Shown: positions 46,264-56,712 of the stretch, piece after piece
How positions within the stretch are numbered: position 1 is the first letter of the stretch
Layout: every line of letters starts with the position of its first letter
Source of the DNA: a bacterium
GTDB lineage: Bacteria > Zhuqueibacterota > Zhuqueibacteria > Residuimicrobiales > Krinioviventaceae
Assembly (NCBI GenBank): GCA_963674595.2
Contig: CAXXFV010000016.1
Span: 544,001-608,000, forward strand
DNA length: 64,000 nucleotides
Direction: 5' to 3'
Made by a program: the position numbers and the translations under genes
The notes under the pieces: model-generated
Databases searched by the model: none
Told to the model about the DNA's origin: nothing
Seen by the model: only the letters and a program-made list of their open reading frames with translations

Positions 46264-46845
46264 ATGAAAACAAAAAATCTGACTGTCCTGTTTCTTTTCT
46301 TTTCATTTTCTGTTTTATTGGGTCAAACCACTACTGATGATGATCCTCAAAAAACTCCTGGTTACCTTCTCGGTGAAGAACAGCAACTCGAGATGATCGT
46401 CCATATTTGGGGTGAAGTTAAAAATCCTGGTGAATTTCGAGTTCCCTATAATATTAATGTATTGGAATTAATGTCAAAAGCCGGCGGCCCCACAGAGTAT
46501 GCGGATATTTCCAAAGTAAGCATTACCAGAGAGTCTGAAAGTTGGTTTCTCACTCAGGATGCTTTAAAAACTTTGGTTGCTGAATCACGTGCCGGAAGAA
46601 TAACGGAAGAAAAACTGGACGAGTCATTAAAAACTCATTTTGCTCGTCGTATAATGAAATATAATGTAGACAAGTATTTAAAAGATAAACAAGGTTTAAA
46701 TCCTCCGCCGGAATTACAGCCGGGTGATGTTGTTGTCGTTCCACACAATTCCTGGCATCGGTGGCGAGAAATAGTACGTGTGGCTCATGAAGTTGCAGTT
46801 ATTGCCAGCGTTTATGTATGGTATTTGAGATCTAAAAATGATTAG
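46264..46845 (+). CDS. SLBB-domain polysaccharide export protein (short Wza/OPX-like)
   Basis: Signal peptide; VHIWGEVKNPG, AGGPTEYA and LQPGDVVVVP motifs; C-terminal amphipathic helix; first gene before wzc. Confidence 0.82.
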   Translation: MKTKNLTVLFLFFSFSVLLGQTTTDDDPQKTPGYLLGEEQQLEMIVHIWGEVKNPGEFRVPYNINVLELMSKAGGPTEYADISKVSITRESESWFLTQDALKTLVAESRAGRITEEKLDESLKTHFARRIMKYNVDKYLKDKQGLNPPPELQPGDVVVVPHNSWHRWREIVRVAHEVAVIASVYVWYLRSKND

Positions 46846-46859
46846 CGAGAAGTGTTTTT

Positions 46860-49220
46860 ATGCAAATGAATGATAAAGAACAATTACCTACATATTCTTT
46901 GATGAATATTTTCATCCGAAGAGGATGGTATATTGTCTTGTGCCTTTTAGCGGTGCTGGTACCGATTATTTATTATAATCAAACAGCAACACCCACTTAT
47001 GAAGCGGTAACAACAATTATCTATGAAGAACCGCGCCATGTAAATATGACCGGAACTTCGCCACAGTATGACACTTTTGGCAAAGAAACTTTGGTAAATC
47101 AGATACAGGAAATTCAGAGTCGTGCTATCGCTTTAGAAGTTGTTAAATCATTACCGTCAAAAGTATTGCAACAAATTCCTTTACCTGAGGAAAAGCCTTC
47201 TGATTTTGAACCAAAAGCTTTTTATGCTGCCGTTGTACGAGATAATATTCTGGCAGCTCCAATTGCAGAATCGGACGTTATTCAGATCAAAGCACGGGCA
47301 AGTGATGCCTATGGCGCTATGGTGATTGCCAACACAATTACCAATGTGTTAAAAGAAAGAAACCTTCGTATTCGTAAAGATGAAGTTAGTGGTGTACGAG
47401 CTTTTATTGAAGAACAACGTGATAACTATAAAGAGAAACTTGAAGAATCTGAAACACGTTTGCGAAATTTTAAAGAACGTAATCGTGTGACTTCCCTTGA
47501 TAAAGAAGTGGATGAAGTATTACAACGTATTACCCATATTGATGTATTATATCAGGAAACCAAAGCAAATCGGGAAAAGACCCAGGAAAGCCTTGTAGTC
47601 ATTCAGGATAAAATAAACAAACAACAGAAAAACCTGGTGCCTTCCATTTCTGATATTTCGACACAAGTTGTGAAACAGTTGAAAGAACAATTGGCCCAGT
47701 TACAGGACCAGTACATTCGGTTGCAATTACAGGGTATCCCTGAAAATAATACCCGAATGGTGCAAATGCGTGCTGATATGCAGCGGATACGTGATAATCT
47801 CGCTGAAGAAGCCACAAAAATTGCCGAAGCAGATAATGTTATCGATCCATTGTCACAAATTTCCAACTTGTATCAGCAAAAAATTACAATGGAATTGCAA
47901 TTGGAAACATATCGTACCCAGGAACGATCTTTGGCTGATGCAATTAAACAATATGAAGGAAAGCTTACTAACCTGCCGACAAAAGAATATGAACTGGCCA
48001 GATTAACCAGGGACCGTGAACTGGCAAATAATATTTATATCATGCTGTCCGAACGCCGTGAAGAAGCGCGTATCAGCGAAGCTGAAAAAGTTGGTAATAT
48101 GCGGGTCATCGATAAGGCAGAAATGCCCAAAAAACCGGTAAGCCCGCGCAAGCAATTGAACCTTGCCATTGGCCTGATGTTGGGATTAACGATGGGTTTA
48201 GGTCTTGCTTTCTTTTTAGAATCTCTGGATACTTCTCTAAAAACGCCTGATGAAGTTGAAAAGAAAACAGGCCTTACAATCATCGGCTCCATCCCGAGAA
48301 TTAGGGCGACAAAGGGTAGTGAAAAAGATGACAAGGAAACAACGAGAGAGTTGGGGCAGCCTTCCAATCGTCTTATAACATACAGACGACCCTCGGCTCC
48401 TGCTTCTGAAGCTTATAGAACATTAAGGACCAATTTACAATTTTCTGATGTATCTGATAATGTCGGCACAATTATGTTGACCAGTTCCGGCCCGCGTGAA
48501 GGAAAATCAACGACCGTAGCTAATATTGCTGTGACTACGGCCCAAATGGGGCTTAAAACACTTGTTGTGGACGCTGATTTAAGGCGTCCGACGATACACA
48601 TGATTTTTGGGTTACATAGAGAACCGGGATTGTCAGATATTTTGCAGCATTTTAATAACAATGGTTCGCCGGCTGATGTTATGACAATAGTTGACGGAAA
48701 AGTATCAGAAGAATCTGACGATACTTTGGATTCAAAACTGCCATTAAAGCAGGCCTCGATACGAGCCAAAAAAACACTCCAAAAAATTGCGTCGCTGGAT
48801 GTTGCCATTAGTGAAGCTGTACAATCTACTGGTATTGCAAAACTGGATGTATTGACCTGCGGTACACTTCCTTTTAATCCATCCGAGGTTTTAGCCAGTG
48901 AAACAATGCGTGATATTTTGACATTAACCAAAGAAAAGTATGATTTTATTTTTATTGATGCACCTCCAATTATCGCCGTTACGGACGCGGCTGTTTTGGC
49001 CCCCCATGTGGATGGCGTTGCTTTGGTTATTGAATCCGGGCGAAATGACCGAGAAATCGTCTTAAAAGCAAAAGGATTGTTAAACCGTGTGGGTGATAAT
49101 TTAGTCGGTGCGATTCTTAATAATGTGCCGGAAAAAAATCTATACGGCGATTATAATTATTATTATACTTATTATTCTGAAAGAGATCAAAAATCCACTA
49201 AAAAAACCAAAAAAAGTTAA
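46860..49220 (+). CDS. wzc: Polysaccharide co-polymerase / BY-kinase (Wzc/GumC-like)
   Basis: Two TM, coiled coil, EAYRTLRTNL, GPREGKST, DADLRRP, IDAPP and Tyr cluster YGDYNYYYTYY. Confidence 0.93.
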   Translation: MQMNDKEQLPTYSLMNIFIRRGWYIVLCLLAVLVPIIYYNQTATPTYEAVTTIIYEEPRHVNMTGTSPQYDTFGKETLVNQIQEIQSRAIALEVVKSLPSKVLQQIPLPEEKPSDFEPKAFYAAVVRDNILAAPIAESDVIQIKARASDAYGAMVIANTITNVLKERNLRIRKDEVSGVRAFIEEQRDNYKEKLEESETRLRNFKERNRVTSLDKEVDEVLQRITHIDVLYQETKANREKTQESLVVIQDKINKQQKNLVPSISDISTQVVKQLKEQLAQLQDQYIRLQLQGIPENNTRMVQMRADMQRIRDNLAEEATKIAEADNVIDPLSQISNLYQQKITMELQLETYRTQERSLADAIKQYEGKLTNLPTKEYELARLTRDRELANNIYIMLSERREEARISEAEKVGNMRVIDKAEMPKKPVSPRKQLNLAIGLMLGLTMGLGLAFFLESLDTSLKTPDEVEKKTGLTIIGSIPRIRATKGSEKDDKETTRELGQPSNRLITYRRPSAPASEAYRTLRTNLQFSDVSDNVGTIMLTSSGPREGKSTTVANIAVTTAQMGLKTLVVDADLRRPTIHMIFGLHREPGLSDILQHFNNNGSPADVMTIVDGKVSEESDDTLDSKLPLKQASIRAKKTLQKIASLDVAISEAVQSTGIAKLDVLTCGTLPFNPSEVLASETMRDILTLTKEKYDFIFIDAPPIIAVTDAAVLAPHVDGVALVIESGRNDREIVLKAKGLLNRVGDNLVGAILNNVPEKNLYGDYNYYYTYYSERDQKSTKKTKKS

Positions 49221-49304
49221 TTTATAACTATACAACATAATATTCCCAGTGATTATGTGTTGATGTGATGATGGGTGTTGTGTTTTTTTTAACGGGAATT
49301 AAAT

Positions 49305-50741
49305 ATGACAAATTTGCGACGAAAATTACTTGCCAAAGGGACACGTTTTCTTGATCTGTTGGCAATGGTCATTACTTTTTCTCTTTCTTTGTATTTATTT
49401 GCACCTGCCGACGCACCTCAAGACCTGATTGGTTTTTTTACACAAAAAATTAAGGTTATAAATGTTATCGCTTTGACAGGGCTTGTTATTGGCTGGGTAC
49501 GATTGTTTCGATATTTCGGCCTATACGAGGTAAGAAGATTTGGTAAAATCTATCTGGAATGGCTGGATATTATTAAAGCTGTAACAGTAAATGTGTTGTT
49601 GCTAGCTGCCATAGGTATATTTTTTACCCGACGCAATATTACAAAGGAAGTATTGCTGGCATTTTGGTCCTCTAATATTGTCTTGACGATTTTGTTTCGA
49701 GCCATTGTTCGTGAATATCTCATATCTTTGCGTAACAAGGGAAGGAATCTTCGGTTTGTTGTGTTTGTCGGAACCAATCCACGTGCTTTAGACTTTGCTC
49801 AAAAAATACTTCAGCGCAGAGAATTAGGATTTCGACTTTTAGGTTTTGTAGACGACCAATATGGCTCAATTCATGATAATTTTCCAAAGGCAAAACATTT
49901 ATGCACGTTGGACGAATTTCCTGCTTTTCTTGAAAATAATATTGTAGATGAGGTTTTTATAATTCTTCCGATAAAATCATATTATGAGCAAATTCATAAA
50001 ATTATTGGTCTTTGTGAGGAATTAGGTGTTGTCTGTCGTGTTCCTTCTCATTGGTTTGATTTTCGTACAGCCAAAACATCCGCTTTTGATCTGGACGGAA
50101 TACCTGTAATGACAATTTATACCGGTTCCAATAATCAAATGGAATATCTGTGGATAAAGCGCGTTTTGGATGTTGTTATTTCATCGCTGATGATGGTTTT
50201 AGCAGCACCGATGTTTGCAGTTATTCCGCTTCTTTTAAAAGTTACATCAAAAGGACCTGTGTTTTTTTCGCAAGAACGAATTGGTTATAATAAACGTCGT
50301 TTTAAAATGTTAAAGTTTCGAACAATGGTGGAAAATGCAGAGATGCTTCAATCAGAGTTGGAACATTTAAACGAAGCTGATGGACCTGCCTTTAAGATCA
50401 ATAATGATCCCAGAATAACTTCTGTAGGAAAGTGGCTTCGTAAAACAAGTCTCGATGAAATACCACAGCTCATTAATGTGTTATTGGGTGATATGAGTTT
50501 GGTAGGGCCAAGACCTTTGCCTGTTCGCGACGTTGAAGGAATTGATGAAAGATGGCAAAAACGAAGGTTTAGTATGCGGCCTGGTCTAACATGTTTGTGG
50601 CAGATAAATGGAAGAAATAATTTGCTTTTTAAGGATTGGATGCGGTTAGACCTTGAATATATCGATCAATGGTCTATTTCACTCGATTTTAAAATACTGT
50701 TCAAGACAATTCCTGCTATTTTAAAAGCCACAGGACAATGA
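49305..50741 (+). CDS. Polyprenyl-phosphate glycosylphosphotransferase (WcaJ/CpsE-like initiating transferase)
   Basis: KRVLD, KFRTM, DPRIT.VGKWLRKTSLDEIPQL.NVL.GDMSLVGPRP and PGLTCLWQ motifs. Confidence 0.94.
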   Translation: MTNLRRKLLAKGTRFLDLLAMVITFSLSLYLFAPADAPQDLIGFFTQKIKVINVIALTGLVIGWVRLFRYFGLYEVRRFGKIYLEWLDIIKAVTVNVLLLAAIGIFFTRRNITKEVLLAFWSSNIVLTILFRAIVREYLISLRNKGRNLRFVVFVGTNPRALDFAQKILQRRELGFRLLGFVDDQYGSIHDNFPKAKHLCTLDEFPAFLENNIVDEVFIILPIKSYYEQIHKIIGLCEELGVVCRVPSHWFDFRTAKTSAFDLDGIPVMTIYTGSNNQMEYLWIKRVLDVVISSLMMVLAAPMFAVIPLLLKVTSKGPVFFSQERIGYNKRRFKMLKFRTMVENAEMLQSELEHLNEADGPAFKINNDPRITSVGKWLRKTSLDEIPQLINVLLGDMSLVGPRPLPVRDVEGIDERWQKRRFSMRPGLTCLWQINGRNNLLFKDWMRLDLEYIDQWSISLDFKILFKTIPAILKATGQ

Positions 50742-50783
50742 TTTGTGAATCAGGCTGGATGATTATTTTGGTTGGAGACATAT

Positions 50784-51935
50784 ATGCCTGTTAAGGTGTC
50801 GGTTGTAATGCCTTGTTTAAATGAAGAAAAAACACTGGGAATTTGTTTAAAAAAAGCTCAGAAAGCATTACAGGAAGAAAATATTGAATATGAAATTATT
50901 GTAGCGGATAATGGCTCAACAGATAAATCTGTTGAAATAGCCACTTCTTTCGGCGCCAGGGTTGTTCATGAACCGGAAAAGGGATATGGCAATGCATACC
51001 GAAAAGGTCTTGATGCGTCTTTGGGTGAGTATATCATTATCGGTGATTCAGATGATTCTTATGATTTTGCTGATATAAACCGCTTTCTCGAACCTTTACG
51101 GAATGGTGCCGAATTTGTTATGGGGACCCGTTTGAAAGGGAAAATAGAAAAAGGCGCCATGCCCTGGCTGCATCGGTTTATCGGTAACCCGTTTTTATCC
51201 TGGCTCTTGGATTTGATGTATAATAGTGGAATTTCGGACGCACATTGTGGAATGAGAGCTTTCACAAAAGAATCGTACAGGCGGATGAATTTGCAGACAA
51301 CCGGGATGGAATTTGCATCTGAAATGGTCATCAGAGCCGCACAACTCGGTTTGAAAATAAAAGAGATTCCTATTACGTTATATAGGGACGGCCGAAATCG
51401 TCGTCCTCATTTACGATCATTTCGGGATGGCTGGCGGCATCTTCGGTTTATGTTGTTACATAGCCCGACTCATTTATATATCTGGCCCGGTACGTTTATG
51501 TTTTTGCTCGGAATGGTGCTGCTGTTTGCTCTTTTACCCGGGCCTTTTCATATAGGCGAACGTTATATTGATTTGCATGTTATGGTCCTTGGAAGCTTGT
51601 TTGCCATTTTAGGATTTCAAATTATCAATATTGGAATTTACGCACGAATTTATGCCTATACACATCATTTTATACCCAATGATGCAAGCCTGCAAAAAGC
51701 TTTTAAATTTTTTAATTTGGAACGAGGTTTGATTAGTGGTACATTGATATTTTTAATAGGTTTTTTTACAGATTTGCGTATTTTAATAGTGTGGATTTCA
51801 AATAATTTCGGCCCGCTTAACGAAGTAAGGTTAGCTCTTCTTGCTTCAACGTTAATGATCATCGGTGCCCAAATTGTTTTTTCATCCTTCTTTTTAAGCA
51901 TGTTAGGCATTAAAATTCGCCCGCCTGCAGATTAA
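50784..51935 (+). CDS. GT2 glycosyltransferase, polyprenol-phosphate sugar synthase-like, with C-terminal TM region
   Basis: VVMPCLNEE, ADNGSTD, GDSDDSYD, SDAHCGMR and GMEFASEM motifs. Confidence 0.9.
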   Translation: MPVKVSVVMPCLNEEKTLGICLKKAQKALQEENIEYEIIVADNGSTDKSVEIATSFGARVVHEPEKGYGNAYRKGLDASLGEYIIIGDSDDSYDFADINRFLEPLRNGAEFVMGTRLKGKIEKGAMPWLHRFIGNPFLSWLLDLMYNSGISDAHCGMRAFTKESYRRMNLQTTGMEFASEMVIRAAQLGLKIKEIPITLYRDGRNRRPHLRSFRDGWRHLRFMLLHSPTHLYIWPGTFMFLLGMVLLFALLPGPFHIGERYIDLHVMVLGSLFAILGFQIINIGIYARIYAYTHHFIPNDASLQKAFKFFNLERGLISGTLIFLIGFFTDLRILIVWISNNFGPLNEVRLALLASTLMIIGAQIVFSSFFLSMLGIKIRPPAD

Positions 51936-51983
51936 AATATGTTTTAAAAAATTTTTAATGTAATTGTAAATTAGGATATTAGT

Positions 51984-53735
51984 ATGATCATAATTGGCAT
52001 GAATGATATTGCCGGCGCTCATCATAACAGTAGTGTTTCTCTTATAAAGGACGGTAACATTCTGTTTGCTTCCTCGGAAGAAAGATTTTCGCGAATAAAA
52101 TTTGATATGAATTTTCCGTCAAATGCGTTACAAGCTGCATTAGACTATACGGGATTGACATTAAATGACGTGGACTATTTTGCTGTCGGGTATCCACCAT
52201 CTTCATTTTATTCTGATTTGTTTTGTCGTAAGTTTTTTGACTTACCCCGGTCTCTTTTAGGACTTGTCGGCCATAATTTTTTCGGCATGTTTAAATATTT
52301 ATTACCAAATTTTAAAAAAATGTACAAACCGGCTGTTTATGAAAACGGTTTAAAGAAATTTGGTGTGCCGGATGAAAAAATAGTTTTTGTCGATCACCAT
52401 TTATCTCATGCTGCCAGCGCCTACCGATGCAGTGGTTTTGATGAATGTTTGACGATTAGTATGGATGGATTTGGACCCAATGGTCAGGGTGAAAATATTG
52501 CCGGACAAATTTATACGTGTAAAAATGGTGATATGACGCTTTTGGAAGAAATTCCGTTATATGCAACAGCTTTGTGGTATTCGGCCTTTACCGTTTGTCT
52601 GGGACTAAAATATATGGACGGGGAAGGAAAGACAATGGGCCTTGCTGCCTATGGCGATCCCGATGTTTGTTATGATGATGTAAAAAGTATGGTTTTTGAA
52701 AATAAAGACGGAGAGTGGTTGGGGTACCCCTATTGGGTGGATTATATTATGGTCCCCCGTGATGAAATTTTAATGTCTACCTATTCCGGCCGCCGAATTA
52801 TGTCTCTCATTGAAAAACATGGTAAAGAACATGTAGCGGCTGCTGCACAAAAATTGTTGGAAGAACGAATTTTAGGATATTTGGAAGAACTAGGTAAAAA
52901 ATACAAGTTTTCAAAAGTGGCGTTAGCCGGCGGTACCTTTTTAAATGTCAAAGTCAACAAACTTATATTAGAGCTGCCGTTTGTCGATGAAATATTCATC
53001 CATCCCCATGCCAGTGACGGCGGAACAGCCATTGGCGCTGCGCTTGAACTTTATTATCAAAAAACAGGTGATAAAAATCAAATTAAATTAACTGATTCAA
53101 ATCTTGGTGTTAGTTATACGGATAAACAGATTTTAGATGCTCTCGAATCCTTTAATAGTCAAATAGAGTGGCAGAATTTGGGAGATGGTATTTCAGAATA
53201 TGTTGGTGAGGCTTTGACCCAGGGCAAAGTTGTTGGATGGTTTCAGGGACGTGAAGAGTGGGGCCCGCGTGCTTTGGGGCGCCGCAGTGTGTTGGCTGAT
53301 CCCCGTGACCCTGAAACAAGGGAAATTATAAACAGCAAAATGAAGAACCGTGACTGGTTTATGCCTTTTGCCCCGAGCTGTATGGAAGACAGGGGGGAAG
53401 AGTTTTTTGTCAATTTCTGCAAAACTCCTTTTATGACCCTGGCGTTTGATGTTGTGAAGGGTAAAGAAGGCGATGTCAGTTCTGCAATTCATGTTGATAA
53501 TACTGCACGTGTACACAGTGTAACACCTGAAAATATACTTTATTATAATGTTATCAAGAAATTTTATGAATTAACAGGTGTTCCTGTTATTTTAAATACA
53601 AGTTTTAACCAGCATGGTCTGCCGATAGTTCATCGCCCAAAAGAAGCAATTGAACATTTGTTATGGGGTTGTGTTCACGAATTGGCCATTGGAAGCTATA
53701 TTGTCCGGATTAAAGATAGCAAGCAGGATTCATGA
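51984..53735 (+). CDS. O-carbamoyltransferase (NodU/CmcH family)
   Basis: EERFSRIK, HHLSHAASA, EGKTMGLAAYG, GPRALGRRS, PFAPS, HVDNTAR and LNTSFN motifs. Confidence 0.94.
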   Translation: MIIIGMNDIAGAHHNSSVSLIKDGNILFASSEERFSRIKFDMNFPSNALQAALDYTGLTLNDVDYFAVGYPPSSFYSDLFCRKFFDLPRSLLGLVGHNFFGMFKYLLPNFKKMYKPAVYENGLKKFGVPDEKIVFVDHHLSHAASAYRCSGFDECLTISMDGFGPNGQGENIAGQIYTCKNGDMTLLEEIPLYATALWYSAFTVCLGLKYMDGEGKTMGLAAYGDPDVCYDDVKSMVFENKDGEWLGYPYWVDYIMVPRDEILMSTYSGRRIMSLIEKHGKEHVAAAAQKLLEERILGYLEELGKKYKFSKVALAGGTFLNVKVNKLILELPFVDEIFIHPHASDGGTAIGAALELYYQKTGDKNQIKLTDSNLGVSYTDKQILDALESFNSQIEWQNLGDGISEYVGEALTQGKVVGWFQGREEWGPRALGRRSVLADPRDPETREIINSKMKNRDWFMPFAPSCMEDRGEEFFVNFCKTPFMTLAFDVVKGKEGDVSSAIHVDNTARVHSVTPENILYYNVIKKFYELTGVPVILNTSFNQHGLPIVHRPKEAIEHLLWGCVHELAIGSYIVRIKDSKQDS

Positions 53736-53753
53736 GGATAGAAAATAATTGAT

Positions 53754-54803
53754 ATGGCTGATGTGAACCTGAAAATATCGGTTGTTGTGGTTTGCTTTAA
53801 TACAGAGGAAACTATAACAGAATGTATTGAATCGTTATTACATCAGGCATATCCAAAAGAATTGTATGAAATTATTTTTGTGGACAATGATTCGAGTGAC
53901 CAGACCCGGACAATAATAAAACGATATAAAAAATCTAATCCGAATATCAGGCTCATTTTAAATCCGGTGCGTAATATCGCCGCGAGTAGAAACCTTGGTG
54001 TACAATATGCTCAATACGAGTATATTGCTTATATTGATGCCGACTGTGTTGCGCCTTTGGATTGGCTGCAAAAACTGGCATATGGCTTTACGGAAAAGAA
54101 AAAGGATAACCCTAATCTGGCAGGTGTCGGCGGGGCTAATTTCCCCCCTTTAACAGGTCACAAATTTTATAACTTGCTAGCGGTTTTTTTAAATACCTAC
54201 TGGGGAAGTCACGGATCTGTTCAAGGTAAACGTTTTACAAAAGATAAAAAAGTACCACATTTACCAACTGTAAATTTATTGTATAAAAAAAATATTCTTC
54301 TGCAAATCGGCGGCTTTGACAACACTTTAGGCAATATTGGAGAAGATCAGGATCTAAGTTTTCGGTTAGCTAATTCAGGCTTTTGCCTGTACTATATAGC
54401 AGATTGCGGTGTTATACATAAAATGCGTTCAAACTGGCATTCATGGATTAAAAACATGTTTACCTACGGCAAAGGCCGAACCTGGATAATGATCAAACAC
54501 CCGCAGCATATTGAGCCGGCTTTATTTTTTCCCTTTTTGTTTGCGCTGCTGCCGTTTTATTTGATTGCCGGTTTTTATCATTGTTTTTTTCTGTTGCCAT
54601 TCTGTTATTTTCCAATATTTTTTGTTATTAGTTTAACAGAATGTATAAAAGTAAAAAAGTTAAATTTTACATTAACTTTATTTGCTTTATATTTTTTGAC
54701 ACACTATTTTTACGGAATCGGACAATGGTATGGGCTTTTTAAAAAGCCGGCTAAACCTGATGTGCCCTTTAATGAATATGAAATTTTGGATGATGAATTA
54801 TGA
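53754..54803 (+). CDS. GT2 glycosyltransferase with C-terminal TM helices
   Basis: VDNDSSD, SRNLG, YIDADC, GGFD and EDQDL motifs. Confidence 0.9.
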   Translation: MADVNLKISVVVVCFNTEETITECIESLLHQAYPKELYEIIFVDNDSSDQTRTIIKRYKKSNPNIRLILNPVRNIAASRNLGVQYAQYEYIAYIDADCVAPLDWLQKLAYGFTEKKKDNPNLAGVGGANFPPLTGHKFYNLLAVFLNTYWGSHGSVQGKRFTKDKKVPHLPTVNLLYKKNILLQIGGFDNTLGNIGEDQDLSFRLANSGFCLYYIADCGVIHKMRSNWHSWIKNMFTYGKGRTWIMIKHPQHIEPALFFPFLFALLPFYLIAGFYHCFFLLPFCYFPIFFVISLTECIKVKKLNFTLTLFALYFLTHYFYGIGQWYGLFKKPAKPDVPFNEYEILDDEL

Positions 54804-56704
54804 AATCTGAAAATATAAATATCAAGATATTATTTAAAAGGCTGACGAAATCTTTGCTTTTGATTGGACTGATTGCCGGTTCTATATTCGGTCTGGAATT
54901 GTCTGTTTTTGGAGATTTGTCGGCATATCCTAAAGATGTTTTTGTTTTTACATTTTTTGTGTCAATCCTTTTTATTGTTATTTATTACTTGTTATTCAGC
55001 ATATTGGCATTTGTCGCTGTTTTATTTAAAGTTGATAAAGAAAAAATATTGGCGCTTGTTAATATAGTTGGATTTTCCAGCATTCTTTTTACGCAATTTT
55101 CTATTGTATGGATTGAATTTAACAGACCGATCAAGTTTGGGATTTTGACTGTTTTAATGTTTGTTATTATTGCCCTGATCTCGGTATCCATACCCATTTT
55201 AGTCCGAAAGGCATTAAAGAACGTTAGAATAATAAAGTTTTTTAACAGTTATTATATGCTGTTGGCGTACGGAATCGTTTTTTGTTTGTTTGTGCTGATG
55301 TTATCGATGTTTGTCCGCAATACGCCGGTACGGGAAAACACATTGGGTTTTCTGTCTCCGAAAAACAAAGTTTTGTTTTTCGGCTTGGATGCCGCCGACT
55401 GGCAAATTATGGAGCCCTTATTGGAATCCGGTAAACTGCCGAATATTCAATCGTTAATTGAAAACGGCGCCAGCGGAAACTTACCTACATTGACATCTTG
55501 TTATAATCCCTTTGTTGGTACGATTACCCAGGGTGTTAAAAGCGCTGCAATCTGGAACAGCATTTTTACCGGAAAATCACCATATAAACATGGTATTAAG
55601 GATTTTACCTATACGGAAATTCCCGGTATAAAAAATCCCTATCGTTATCCATTGCTGCCGTCATTTTTACCCAATCGTGGCTTGATTAAGAAAACTTTGG
55701 GATTAAATTACAGGCCCTTTATCCGGCCTATGCGAAAAACAAAAGCAGCCTGGAATATGCTGACGGAAGCCGGATTGGAAACAGCCGCCCTTGGATGGTG
55801 GATGACCTGGCCGGCTGAAAAGATAAACGGTGATTTGTTAACCGACCGGTTTGATGATGAAGATTTGCCTTCGCGTTGGTTCCCTGAAGATCTGGTTAGA
55901 ACATCAGAGGTTGATTCTGTCATTGCAAATATTAAAAATCCATTACAAAAAGATATGGATTTGTTTACTTCATTTTCCTATGATCCTGATTTCAAGTCAA
56001 TATTTAAACCGCAAAGCCGCGAATACCTTTATAATGAGTTGTTATACAATCTTTTTAAAAGTTATTATGAAGACAAGTTTAAAAGCAGTTTGGGACTGCG
56101 GTTGTTAAAGCAGCATCAATATGCTTTTTGCTCTGTTTATTTTTATGGATTTGATACAGCCGGGCATGCTTTTATGCGTTTTAAATATCCGGAACTGTTT
56201 ACTGATGTAAACAAAGATGCAGTGAAATATTTTGGAAATATTATTGATACGTATTTAATGTGGGCTGACAACGAAATCGGAAAATATTTGAAAATTATCG
56301 ATGATAACACGATTGTCGTAATTTGTTCCGATCATGGTATGGGCCCCTGGCAAGGTGTTAGATTGGCAAAAAAAGATGTACGGTTATCCGGCAGCCACCG
56401 TAAAAATGGTATTATTATTATATCCGGCAAACCAATTCGTAATACAAAAATTTCTCCGGCATCTGTTTTGGATGTATTGCCGACCATTTTTTATTTATTG
56501 GGAATGCCTGTTGCGAAAGATTTTGACGGCAGTATAATTGAAAACGCTATAGAGTCTTCATACCTGCAGAAAAATCCTGTAAATTTTATAAAGACATATG
56601 AAACAGAACGTTACGTTGAGCGAAAAAGTGTTTCTATCGACTCTACACAAAAATTTGATGATGCAATGATCCAGCGGTTAAGGGCTTTGGGCTATATAAA
56701 ATAA
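54800..56704 (+). CDS. Membrane-anchored alkaline-phosphatase-superfamily (phosphodiesterase-like) protein
   Basis: About 5 N-terminal TM; GLDAADW, SAAIWNSIFTG, DTAGH and SDHG motifs; C-terminal RLRALGYI. Confidence 0.85.
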   Translation: MKSENINIKILFKRLTKSLLLIGLIAGSIFGLELSVFGDLSAYPKDVFVFTFFVSILFIVIYYLLFSILAFVAVLFKVDKEKILALVNIVGFSSILFTQFSIVWIEFNRPIKFGILTVLMFVIIALISVSIPILVRKALKNVRIIKFFNSYYMLLAYGIVFCLFVLMLSMFVRNTPVRENTLGFLSPKNKVLFFGLDAADWQIMEPLLESGKLPNIQSLIENGASGNLPTLTSCYNPFVGTITQGVKSAAIWNSIFTGKSPYKHGIKDFTYTEIPGIKNPYRYPLLPSFLPNRGLIKKTLGLNYRPFIRPMRKTKAAWNMLTEAGLETAALGWWMTWPAEKINGDLLTDRFDDEDLPSRWFPEDLVRTSEVDSVIANIKNPLQKDMDLFTSFSYDPDFKSIFKPQSREYLYNELLYNLFKSYYEDKFKSSLGLRLLKQHQYAFCSVYFYGFDTAGHAFMRFKYPELFTDVNKDAVKYFGNIIDTYLMWADNEIGKYLKIIDDNTIVVICSDHGMGPWQGVRLAKKDVRLSGSHRKNGIIIISGKPIRNTKISPASVLDVLPTIFYLLGMPVAKDFDGSIIENAIESSYLQKNPVNFIKTYETERYVERKSVSIDSTQKFDDAMIQRLRALGYIK

Positions 56705-56712
56705 AAAGATAT

